A stretch of DNA of 64,000 nucleotides. Origin: Dehalococcoidia bacterium. Its GTDB lineage: Bacteria; Chloroflexota; Dehalococcoidia; Lucifugimonadales; JAGWBF01. The stretch is taken from assembly GCA_965248975.1 (NCBI GenBank), contig CBDFKU010000020.1, positions 152,952 to 216,951 on the forward strand. Direction: 5' to 3'. Made by a program: the position numbers and the translations under genes. This document shows positions 36,694-44,770 of the stretch, one piece after another. Each line of letters starts with the position of its first letter. Position 1 is the first letter of the stretch. The notes under the pieces were generated by a model that searched no databases, was not told the origin of the DNA, and saw only the letters and a list, made by a program, of their open reading frames with translations.

Positions 36694-37128
36694 TTAGACG
36701 GCGCCGATCTGTTGCATCAGCCCCAGCATGTCCACCACCGCCCAGTGCTCCACCGCCTTGCCGTCCTTGACCCGGACGATATCGATCACCTCTAGAGAGA
36801 CCTGCTTCCCAGTGGCCGGCACCCCCATGAAATCGCCCTTGTGGGTGCCATGGACGGTCTTGCGAGTCACTACCTTGTCGTCTTCAGCGATCTGGTCGTG
36901 GATGGTGGCCTGCAGGTCGGGGAAGGCCTGCAGCATCCGGCCCATGCCCTCCCTCATGCCGTCCCGGGTGGGCGAAAAGCCCGCGATGGCGCTGCGGTTT
37001 ATGAAGTCCGGGCTGTGAAGGTCGTCGATGGCGCCCAGGTTGTGTTTGTTCTGGACCTCCTCCACCAGGTTGCGGACGAAGTCCTTGTTGGCCTGTGACA
37101 CGGGTATCCTCCTACGTCTGGTTCGCAT
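36694..37128 (-). CDS. SnoaL-like ester cyclase family protein
   Basis: NKDFVRNLVEEV..; THKGDFMGVPATGKQVSLEVIDIVRVKDGKAVEHW. Confidence 0.7.
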   Translation of the reverse strand: MRTRRRRIPVSQANKDFVRNLVEEVQNKHNLGAIDDLHSPDFINRSAIAGFSPTRDGMREGMGRMLQAFPDLQATIHDQIAEDDKVVTRKTVHGTHKGDFMGVPATGKQVSLEVIDIVRVKDGKAVEHWAVVDMLGLMQQIGAV

Positions 37129-37191
37129 GAATGATACCCTCGGTCCGATGCTCTGGCAAGGCCTGCTCGGTCATAGTCGAGGTCCCCGGAC

Positions 37192-37202
37192 CATGATAGA
37201 AT
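37192..37202 (+). promoter_or_regulatory. Extended -10 element (caTGaTAGAAT) upstream of the dienelactone hydrolase gene
   Basis: Same TGATAGAAT core as at 22841, 30006 and 44521. Confidence 0.35.
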
Positions 37203-37251
37203 GTGTCGGTCCGGCGCAAGGCGCCAAAACTTCTAGGAAAAGGGGTGTGCC

Positions 37252-37980
37252 ATGCCGCCCAGTTGGGTAGACATGAACGTCGGTGGACAGACCATGGAGG
37301 GCTACCTGACCCAGCCCGAGGCCGCAGGGAAGTATCCGGCCGTGCTGGTGATCCAGGAGGTTTGGGGAGTGAACTCCCATATCCAGAGCGTGGCTGATAG
37401 ACTTCCGTCCCGGGGCTATGTCGGCCTTGCCCCGGCCGTCTTCCACCGTGAAGGGCGCATGACCATCGGGCTGCACGAGGAGCTGCCGAGCGCCATCGAT
37501 CGCATGAGCAAGTGCACTGCCGACGGTATCCTGGCTGACCTAAGGGCGGCGGTGGACTACCTGAAGGCCCAGCCTTTCGTGCAGGGCGACCGCATAGGCA
37601 TCGTGGGGTTCTGTTTCGGCGGTAGGATCAGCTACCTGGCCGCGGCCAACATTCGCGACATCTCTGCCTCGGTGGTCTATTACGGAGGAGCCATTCCAGC
37701 ACCATTCATCGGCGGAGGACCTTCGCCCCTGGAGCAGACGGCCAACATCAGTGCGCCCGTGCTGGGTCTGTTTGGCGAGGAGGATGCTAACCCCACCCCG
37801 GCGGACGTGGCCAACATCGAGGCCGAGCTGAAGAAACACGGCAAGACCTACGAGTTCCACGTGTACCCCGGCTGCGGTCACGGCTTCCACTGCGACGCGA
37901 GAGACAGCTACAGGCGGCAGGCGGCCCTAGACGCCTGGGACAAGACAATGGCCTGGTTCGACAAGCATCTCAAGGGATAG
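37252..37980 (+). CDS. Dienelactone hydrolase family protein
   Basis: YPAVLVIQEVWGVNSHIQSVADRL..; GIVGFCFGG; YPGCGHGF. Confidence 0.8.
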   Translation: MPPSWVDMNVGGQTMEGYLTQPEAAGKYPAVLVIQEVWGVNSHIQSVADRLPSRGYVGLAPAVFHREGRMTIGLHEELPSAIDRMSKCTADGILADLRAAVDYLKAQPFVQGDRIGIVGFCFGGRISYLAAANIRDISASVVYYGGAIPAPFIGGGPSPLEQTANISAPVLGLFGEEDANPTPADVANIEAELKKHGKTYEFHVYPGCGHGFHCDARDSYRRQAALDAWDKTMAWFDKHLKG

Positions 37981-38065
37981 AGGGGCATGGGCAAAACCCT
38001 GACGCCAGTCTGCGGAACATGAGTCATCCCGAATTTGGGAAGGAGGACGGCGTCCTTGTACCGCC

Positions 38066-38095
38066 CTCGTCGTTCCGGCGAAAGCCGGAACCCAG
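38066..38095. repeat. Left terminal inverted repeat / hairpin of GIY-YIG element
   Basis: ctcgtcgTTCCGGCgaaaGCCGGAAcccag. The reverse complement of 38382-38411 matches at 27 of 30 positions. Confidence 0.8.
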
Positions 38096-38096
38096 G

Positions 38097-38381
38097 ATGG
38101 CAGCCCTGCGTGTACCTCCTCGCGAGCAGGCGGAATGGCACTTGTACGTAGGCGTGACCTCCAACCTGACTCAGCGCGTCTGGCAACACAGGAATGATCT
38201 GGTCGAAGGGTTCACTAGACGTTACAAAGTGCATAGGTTGGTTTAGTATGAAGTGCACGGCACGATAGAGAGTGCCATCGCGCGGGAGAAGGCGATTAAG
38301 GAATGGAAACGCGGGTGGAAAATCGTGTTGCTCGAGATTTCGAACCCAGAATGGCGGGACCTGTATGAAGAGCTAGGCTAG
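38097..38381 (+). pseudogene. GIY-YIG nuclease-family (UPF0213-type) gene, decayed: one frameshift and one in-frame TAG
   Basis: One frame reads WQPCVYLLASRRNGT and the next reads LYVGVTSNLTQRVWQHRNDLVEGFTRRYKVHRLV. A TAG (38244-38246) follows, then in frame YEVHGTIESAIAREKAIKEWKRGWKIVLLEISNPEWRDLYEELG*. Confidence 0.75.
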
Positions 38382-38411
38382 CTGGATTCCGGCTTCCGCC
38401 GGAATGACGAG
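38382..38411. repeat. Right terminal inverted repeat / hairpin of GIY-YIG element
   Basis: ctggaTTCCGGCttccGCCGGAAtgacgag. Confidence 0.8.
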
Positions 38412-38488
38412 CCTTGGCCGCCTGGCTAGGCCCCACGTGTCATATTTACATGTTTTGCGAGCCGGTTGCTTCGGAACGCTGGCGATTC

Positions 38489-39025
38489 TCAGGGCGCCCC
38501 GGCCATGCCTCGCTCGACCATCATCCGTTGTATGAAGGGCATCAGGCCGCCGGCCTTGAGGATCTGCATGGGCGGGCTGTCCTCGGGCCAGGGCTCGGCC
38601 TGAAGGGTCGCCCCTTGAGTGACGTTCTTCACCTCGCCGGTGATCAGGTTTACCTCGGCCCTATCTCCCTCTTCGAAGGCGTCGCTGACTCCCTTGCACC
38701 ACAGGGTGGGCAACGCCACGTTGATGGCGTTGCGTAGGAAGATGCGAGAGGTGGATTCGGCCAGAATGGCGGCGATCCCGTTGAGTTGGATCGCCCTGGC
38801 GCCGTTGCGGCTGGACCCGCAGCCGAAGTTGCGCCCGGCCACGATGATGTCACCGTCCTGTACCTCGTCGGTCCAGCCGGGGCGGTTGGCCGAGAAGCAG
38901 AACTTGGCACCCTCCTCCTCGCTAAGCCTGCGGGCCAGCACCACGCTTCCTGGCATCATCAGGTCGGTGCTGACACTGTCCCCGAACTTCCATACCCTGC
39001 CCGAGTAAGTCATCTCTGCGGCCAT
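38489..39025 (-). CDS. Aconitase-family small subunit (LeuD / homoaconitase small subunit-like)
   Basis: GRVWKFGDSVSTDLMMPG..; AGRNFGCGSSR. Confidence 0.8.
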   Translation of the reverse strand: MAAEMTYSGRVWKFGDSVSTDLMMPGSVVLARRLSEEEGAKFCFSANRPGWTDEVQDGDIIVAGRNFGCGSSRNGARAIQLNGIAAILAESTSRIFLRNAINVALPTLWCKGVSDAFEEGDRAEVNLITGEVKNVTQGATLQAEPWPEDSPPMQILKAGGLMPFIQRMMVERGMAGAP

Positions 39026-39095
39026 GGCTGCTCTACCTTCCTGTCGAATTCGGTTATTCTAGACGGCACCACCTTTTACAGGAACGGCACCTGCC

Positions 39096-39138
39096 AGCTC
39101 ACCCCTCCCCATAGGGAGAAGGGCCAGGCGTGAGAGCT
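39096..39138. repeat. REP-like nested palindrome (degenerate)
   Basis: agctcacccctccccatagggagaagggccaggcgtgagagct. Confidence 0.55.
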
Positions 39139-39143
39139 CCCGT

Positions 39144-40400
39144 CTATAGGAACTTCCTGGGATCGCTGATATATCCGTTGACCGCGGAGGCCGCCACTAC
39201 CGCCGGGTTGGACAGGTAGACGAAGGCCTCGGAGCTTCCCTGGCGGCCCTGGAAGTTGCGGTTGGTAGAGGAGATGGACACCTCGCCGTCGCCCAGCACG
39301 CCCATGTGTCCCCCGTAGCAGGGCCCGCAGGTGGAGTGCTCTATGTTGGCGCCGGCGTCGGCGTAGATCTCCCACAGGCCCGCCTTCAGGACGTCGTTCC
39401 ACACATTCTGAGAGGCGGGGCTGCACAGCAGCCGGACCCCCGGAGCTACCTTTCGTCCCTTGAGGATGCGGGCCGCGATCTCGAAGTCCTCCAGCCGGGC
39501 GTTGGTGCAGGAGCCAATGAGGGCCTGGTCGACTTTGATCCGCTCATGCTCCAGGTCGCTGATGGAGCGCACGTTGCCGGGGTCGTGTGGGCAGGCCACC
39601 TGGGGTTCGAGGTCGGTAACGTCCAGGACGTACTCCTCGGAGTAGTCGGCGTCGGGGTCGGGCGACACATGCTGGTAAGGTCGTTTCGCCCGGCCCTCCA
39701 GGAACTCGTCGGTCTTCTCGTCGGCCTCGAAGATGGCGAACTTGGCGCCCAGCTCGACGCCCATGTTGGAGATGGTCCAGCGGCTGGAGAGGCTGAGGTC
39801 GTGGGCCACCGGGCCCAGGTACTCTATGGACTTGTACAGGCCCACCTCGGTGCCCCATGTGCCCGCTACCTTGAGCACGACGTCCTTGCCGAAGATGAAG
39901 TTGTCCAGGCCGGCGTACTTGCCCACCAGCTCGATCTTAATGGTCTCCGGCACTCGGAACCAGTACTCCCCGAAGATGAGGCACAGGAGGCTGTCCATGG
40001 CGGCGTTGGTGACGCAGGCATTGAACACCCCGCCGCTGGTGGAGTGGGAGTCGGGCATGGGGATCAGGTCGCCGGGCACGATCATGCCGTTTTCCGGGAA
40101 GACCTGGTGGGAAATGCCGTGGTTGCCGTACTCGAAGAAGTTGTTGATGCCATACTGCTTGGCCCACTTGCGGAGCTGGACCATGTTGTTGGCGGCGGAC
40201 ACGCTGGAGGGCGGTGCCAGATGGTCGTCGACCACCCACACTTTGTCCGGGTCGGCCAGTTTTTTCACTCCCAGCTTCTCCAGGTTGGCGCCGGGCAGGC
40301 CTGCGGTGCCGTCCACCCGGCACCAGACGAACTCCCCGGGCTTGACCTCTTTGCGGTCGGCGTGGGCCGCCAGGATCTTCTCAGCGATGGTCATACCCAT
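39144..40400 (-). CDS. Aconitase-family large subunit (LeuC / homoaconitase large subunit-like)
   Basis: Start at MGMTIAEKILAAHA (aggagg SD). Cys-ligand contexts GSCTNARLED and STCGPCYGGHMG. Confidence 0.8.
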   Translation of the reverse strand: MGMTIAEKILAAHADRKEVKPGEFVWCRVDGTAGLPGANLEKLGVKKLADPDKVWVVDDHLAPPSSVSAANNMVQLRKWAKQYGINNFFEYGNHGISHQVFPENGMIVPGDLIPMPDSHSTSGGVFNACVTNAAMDSLLCLIFGEYWFRVPETIKIELVGKYAGLDNFIFGKDVVLKVAGTWGTEVGLYKSIEYLGPVAHDLSLSSRWTISNMGVELGAKFAIFEADEKTDEFLEGRAKRPYQHVSPDPDADYSEEYVLDVTDLEPQVACPHDPGNVRSISDLEHERIKVDQALIGSCTNARLEDFEIAARILKGRKVAPGVRLLCSPASQNVWNDVLKAGLWEIYADAGANIEHSTCGPCYGGHMGVLGDGEVSISSTNRNFQGRQGSSEAFVYLSNPAVVAASAVNGYISDPRKFL

Positions 40401-40500
40401 GGCACGGCCTCCTTGCATATAGTCCGTCGACTCGACCCAGGAACCGACGCGTCCGACATGATGTCGTGGTGTCCCAGTCGCTTGCCACGGCCTCATTCGA

Positions 40501-40535
40501 CCCCTCTCCCTTAGGGAGAGGGGTTGGCGGTGAGG
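40501..40535. repeat. REP-like palindrome (inner CCCCTCTCC-CTTA-GGAGAGGGG plus right outer arm)
   Basis: cccctctcccttagggagaggggttggcggtgaggg. Confidence 0.7.
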
Positions 40536-40541
40536 GACGCC

Positions 40542-41510
40542 CTACATCTTGCGGTTGGCCACCGCCCCGGGGGTGTAGGTCCCGATGGACTCGGCGTACT
40601 TGTCGAACTCCTCCGGTGGAAGGTACTTCTCTTCCCACTCGCGCACCTCGGGGAAGCCCACCAGGTCGAAGCGGTGGGGTGGCGCCGGATGCTTCCAGGA
40701 GAAATTATCCTCCCAGGCCTGCCACTCCCTGATGGCCTCCACGTCCCGCTGCTTCACGTCGTGGAGGTATTCCCAGTTGATCCGGTAGGTGATCATCTTC
40801 GCCAGACCGGGGTAGAATGCGCAGGATATCCCCATCCTCTCCATTTCGGCATGGCGGGGAGCGTCGGGTATCGCCGACAAGGTGAACATGATGGGAGGCC
40901 CGATCTCCTCCACACACCTGCGGACCTCATCCATCGATTGGAGGGCCTCCACGTAGGCGATGTCTGCTCCGGCCCTCCGATAGGCGTGGGAGCGGCGAAT
41001 GGCCTCGTCCAGGGTTCCGCCGACGGCGCCCCGGGCGTCGGTGCGGGCTATGATGATGAAGTCCTCGTCCAACTCGTTGCGGGCGTCCACAGCGGCCCTG
41101 TACTTGCCCTCGGCCTCCTCCATGGAGACGACCTGCTTTCCAGCCACGAAGCCGCACCGCTTGGGGGCAACCTGATCCTCAATGTGTATGCCGGCCACTC
41201 CGGCACGGATGAAGGATTGGACCGTGCGGCGCACGTTGATAGCGTTACCGTAGCCCGTGTCCGAGTCGGAGACCAGGGGCACGTCGATCGCCTGGGCCAT
41301 GTAGCCCGCGTTCATCACCACCTCGGTCATGGTAGTGAGGCCGGCATCGGGCAGGCCCGTGAGGGCAGCGGCAGTTCCGGCGCCGGACATGTAGCAGGCC
41401 TGGAAGCCTACCTTGTCCAGGATCGTAGCCTCGAGGGCGTTGGAGCCCCCCGCCAGGACGAATATCTCGGGGCTCATGAAAAGCTGGCGTAGTCTGGTGG
41501 TCATCTTCAT
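40542..41510 (-). CDS. Isocitrate lyase/PEP mutase-family enzyme (methylisocitrate lyase / carboxyvinyl-carboxyphosphonate phosphorylmutase / oxaloacetate decarboxylase-like)
   Basis: Start at MKMTTRLRQL. YMSGAG..; VPLVSDSDTGYGN; GIHIEDQVAPKRCGF; IIARTDA. Confidence 0.8.
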   Translation of the reverse strand: MKMTTRLRQLFMSPEIFVLAGGSNALEATILDKVGFQACYMSGAGTAAALTGLPDAGLTTMTEVVMNAGYMAQAIDVPLVSDSDTGYGNAINVRRTVQSFIRAGVAGIHIEDQVAPKRCGFVAGKQVVSMEEAEGKYRAAVDARNELDEDFIIIARTDARGAVGGTLDEAIRRSHAYRRAGADIAYVEALQSMDEVRRCVEEIGPPIMFTLSAIPDAPRHAEMERMGISCAFYPGLAKMITYRINWEYLHDVKQRDVEAIREWQAWEDNFSWKHPAPPHRFDLVGFPEVREWEEKYLPPEEFDKYAESIGTYTPGAVANRKM

Positions 41511-41537
41511 GGAGCAGGTCCTCCTTTTCGGCGTTCT

Positions 41538-41574
41538 GCCCTCACCCCTGACCCCTCTCCCATCGGGAGAGGGG
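41538..41574. repeat. REP-like palindrome (left outer arm + inner hairpin)
   Basis: gccctcacccctgacccctctcccatcgggagagggg. Confidence 0.7.
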
Positions 41575-41626
41575 AACATTATGAAGGCGATGGAATTCCC
41601 CCGCTAACTGGTCAAGATGACGCCTG

Positions 41627-41659
41627 CATCACCCCTCTCCCTTCGGGAGGGGGGTGATG
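41627..41659. repeat. REP-like palindrome variant
   Basis: catcacccctctcccttcgggaggggggtgatg. Confidence 0.65.
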
Positions 41660-41662
41660 GCG

Positions 41663-42364
41663 CTAGGCGTTGACTTTCTCCGTCACCTCGCCGTTGCGCA
41701 CCGTGGCCAGGAAGTCGCAGGCCTGGTCCGCTGATATCACGTCGCAATACTTGAACTGCATGTCGAACAGAGACGCCTTGTGAGACATCTCTATGCGGTC
41801 GAAGACGCACTCCTCGACGACCGAGATCTTGAAGGCATACCCGGCCCCGTCGATGGCCGTGGCCCGCACGCACCCGCTCGTGCTGTTGCCGATGAGTATC
41901 AGGCTGTCTACCTTCTTGTTCAGGAGCGTGTAGATGAGCCCGGTCTGGAAGAACACGCTGGCCCGCTGCTTCTCGATGAGCAAGTCCCCATCCTCCATCC
42001 CTACCTCCGGCTGGATCTCCGATTGGGGGCTCAGCTCGCTGTACTGGAACTTGGGGTCCTTGGCCCTGGGCAGGTCGTGGATGGCTCGGAAGACGTGTCT
42101 GCTGTAAACCACCGGGACCCCCGCCTCGCGGGCCGCGGCCAGGACCCTCTGCTGGTGCGGGATCGCGGCCCATGCGAAATTGCCGCAGGAGCCGGGGTAT
42201 TTGTCCAGCTGCTCGTCGATGGGACGGTCCTCGCCCACGGCACCCACATTCATGTCGATGATGACCAGGGCCGGCCTGTCCCCGAATCCGGTAAGCGGCC
42301 TCGGCGGTCGGGCCGCCAGCACCTTCTTGTCGTTCTCCGTCAGGGCGTCCTCCCAGACTCGCAT
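41663..42364 (-). CDS. Isochorismatase-family cysteine hydrolase
   Basis: PALVIIDMNVG..; LILIGNSTSGCVRATAIDG. Confidence 0.8.
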   Translation of the reverse strand: MRVWEDALTENDKKVLAARPPRPLTGFGDRPALVIIDMNVGAVGEDRPIDEQLDKYPGSCGNFAWAAIPHQQRVLAAAREAGVPVVYSRHVFRAIHDLPRAKDPKFQYSELSPQSEIQPEVGMEDGDLLIEKQRASVFFQTGLIYTLLNKKVDSLILIGNSTSGCVRATAIDGAGYAFKISVVEECVFDRIEMSHKASLFDMQFKYCDVISADQACDFLATVRNGEVTEKVNA

Positions 42365-42498
42365 GGCACCCTCCTTCTAAAGTGATACGGCTGAAGTGAT
42401 ACGGGCTGACGTGATGCGGGGCCGATCGGGACGGTCCGCCTACCGGCGCCCGAGACCCCCATATTATAGCAGACCCGACGGCGAGGTCTACTGCCTCG

Positions 42499-42526
42499 TT
42501 GACACGCCGTTATCTCGGAGTAAAAT
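42499..42526 (+). promoter_or_regulatory. Sigma70-like promoter TTGACA-16-TAAAAT
   Basis: ttgacacgccgttatctcggagtaaaat, upstream of the alpha/beta hydrolase gene. Confidence 0.5.
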
Positions 42527-42569
42527 TGGCTTGTGGACTGAATAGCAGACTTGGAAGCCGGAGGTACGA

Positions 42570-43421
42570 ATGGCTGATCCCAAGACGAAGGACGTGACCC
42601 TCAGCAGCGGCTTGAAGATGCGCTGCTACCGGTGGGACGGGAGTGGGCCCAACCTGGTGCTGCTCCATCCATCGTCGGGCTACGGACGGATGTGGGACAA
42701 GACGGCCGACGCCCTGGGTGGCCAGTTCCAGGTGTTTGCCCCGGACCAGCGGGGCCACGGCGATACCGACCGCCCCGACGGCGGCTACGCCGCCGAGGAC
42801 TACGCTCAGGACCTCCACCAGTTCATCCATGAGCTGGGGCTGAGCAAGGTCATTGTGGCCGGACACTCCCTGGGGGGCCGGGTGGCGCAGGTCTTCGCCG
42901 CGAAAAATCCTGAGCAGTGCGAGGCCGTCGTCCTGGTGGGCGGGCCCCACTTCAGCAATTTCTTCCCGAAACGGGATCTGGTCGAAGGCGTCCTGCAGAA
43001 CGCCGAGCGGATGCGCGCCTCCAAGACCGAGTTCCCCAACGACGAGAAGGCCATGGAGTACCTGCGAACCTTCCGGCCGGGCGACTCGGAGGAGAACCTG
43101 CGCCACCGCATCGAGCACAACACCAGGGCCCTCCTGGACGGAGGCATCGCCTTCAAGTACGACAACGTTCGAGTAGCCCAAGGGCTAACCCACATCGCTG
43201 ATGACCTGCGGGGATACGCCCGCAAGGTCACCTGCCCTGTGGCCATCATTAGGGGCGCCTACAGCACCCACCTGGCCGCCGAAGACGCGATAAAGGTGGC
43301 CCGGTTCTGGAGACACGGCCGCATCGTCGAGGTGGAGGGTGACTACGCCCTGGAGTTGGAGAACCCTCAAGGCCTGGCCAATGCCATACTGGGGTTTGCC
43401 CGTGTGGCCGTTCCAGCCTGA
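42570..43421 (+). CDS. Alpha/beta-fold hydrolase
   Basis: LVLLHPSSG..; nucleophile elbow VAGHSLGG. Confidence 0.8.
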   Translation: MADPKTKDVTLSSGLKMRCYRWDGSGPNLVLLHPSSGYGRMWDKTADALGGQFQVFAPDQRGHGDTDRPDGGYAAEDYAQDLHQFIHELGLSKVIVAGHSLGGRVAQVFAAKNPEQCEAVVLVGGPHFSNFFPKRDLVEGVLQNAERMRASKTEFPNDEKAMEYLRTFRPGDSEENLRHRIEHNTRALLDGGIAFKYDNVRVAQGLTHIADDLRGYARKVTCPVAIIRGAYSTHLAAEDAIKVARFWRHGRIVEVEGDYALELENPQGLANAILGFARVAVPA

Positions 43422-43538
43422 CGGCTCTTCGCGGCATCAGTGTTGCCGACGATGCACCACTGCGGTACTATACTGGGAAGGCCGGACAGTCCCCTACGAT
43501 CCAGAGCCGGCTAACGTTGAAAGAGGAGGTAACGCCAG

Positions 43539-44417
43539 ATGACCACCGTAGGTAGCGGGAAATATATCTACACCCTGGTCCAGGATTGGGCCAAGCTGCC
43601 CCAAGGCGAATCCTTCGGCACCGTCAGCGCCGTTGCCACCGATTCCCAGGATCGGGTTTACGTGTTCCAGCGCAAAGATCCGCCGGTCCAGGTGTTCGGC
43701 CGCGATGGCAACCACCTCAGCTCCTGGGGGACGGGCCAGATAAAGGACCCCCACGGCTTCGCCATAGTCGACGACGTCGTCTACTGCACCGACAGAGAGG
43801 ACTCGGTGGCCCTCAAGTTCACCCTCGACGGCCAGCTGCTCCAGACCCTGGGCCAGCGCGGCGTCCATTCCGACACCGGTTGCGAGAACCCCGGCGATCT
43901 GGTGCCAAAGGCCTCCGGCCCCTTCAACTACCCCACCGAGATGGCGCCCGGCCGGGCGGGCCACCTGTTCGTCACCGACGGCTACCGCAACGCCCGGGTG
44001 CACGAGTTCCAACCCGACGGCCAGTTACGGCACTCCTGGGGGCGGCCGGGCAAGAAGGCGCCCTATGAGTTCCACCTGCCCCACAGTCTTGTTGTGGGAC
44101 CCAGGGACATGCTGTACGTATGTGACCGGGAGAACAGTAGGGTCCAGGTCTTCTCCTTCGAAGGCTCTTTCTTGGGCATTTGGTCCGACATGCAGCGCCC
44201 CCAGGACATTTCCATCGATAAGGACGGCATCTTCTACACCTGCGAACGGGACGAGGGAGGGAAACCTCCCCAGGTGAGCGTTCTGGACCAGCAGGGTAAG
44301 GTGCTGGCCCGCTGGCCCTCCCGGGGCGCCCACGGCCTTTGGGTGGACTCCCACGGCGACATCTACCTGGCGCTGACCGGGGAGAAGAGCGTGGACAAGT
44401 ACGCCCGGCAGGGTTAG
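43539..44417 (+). CDS. NHL-repeat beta-propeller protein (peptidyl-alpha-hydroxyglycine amidating lyase-like)
   Basis: Repeated ..P.G.AVD..G.VYV.DR.N.RVQVF.. units (VYVFQRKDPPVQVF, LFVTDGYRNARVHEF, LYVCDRENSRVQVF). Confidence 0.7.
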   Translation: MTTVGSGKYIYTLVQDWAKLPQGESFGTVSAVATDSQDRVYVFQRKDPPVQVFGRDGNHLSSWGTGQIKDPHGFAIVDDVVYCTDREDSVALKFTLDGQLLQTLGQRGVHSDTGCENPGDLVPKASGPFNYPTEMAPGRAGHLFVTDGYRNARVHEFQPDGQLRHSWGRPGKKAPYEFHLPHSLVVGPRDMLYVCDRENSRVQVFSFEGSFLGIWSDMQRPQDISIDKDGIFYTCERDEGGKPPQVSVLDQQGKVLARWPSRGAHGLWVDSHGDIYLALTGEKSVDKYARQG

Positions 44418-44499
44418 GCCGCTCCCTGTTCGGGAGGCTCACGGGCTCGTGAAGGATGAAGGGGGCCTCGCCGGTGGGAGGTTTGTAGGGGCGGTCAGC

Positions 44500-44529
44500 T
44501 TGACACTCCAATGTGGCCGATGATAGAAT
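44500..44529 (+). promoter_or_regulatory. Sigma70-like promoter TTGACA-18-(TGa)TAGAAT, about 240 nt upstream of citrate synthase
   Basis: ttgacactccaatgtggccgatgatagaat. Confidence 0.5.
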
Positions 44530-44770
44530 CGGCCTGATACTCTCAGCCCAGTGCACGCGGCGTAACCCACTGGCTGAGAGGTGATAACTGCAGGTGTGGC
44601 GGCCGCATATTGGATCGGGGTTCGCCCCAAGTCGTTGCTGTTTTGCCTGATTGATGGAGCGGCCATCCGTGCACCTCCCTTTCCCAGGGCTTACCGAACA
44701 CTTTACATGCGGAGTGCGCCCACCGTCCCGTTAGGCGTCCCTCAGGTGAAACGAGGAAGGAGGAGCGTCC

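Noticed and set aside
6542-38246. Two in-frame TAG codons (6542-6544 in the archaellum-operon gene, 38244-38246 in the GIY-YIG gene) suggested possible amber-codon reassignment (for example pyrrolysine).
   Set aside because: TAG clearly terminates many well-defined genes here (for example 1892, 2672, 3393, 5858, 10722 and 21554). The GIY-YIG gene also carries a frameshift, and no pyl-type genes are visible. Ordinary nonsense mutations or true gene boundaries are more parsimonious.
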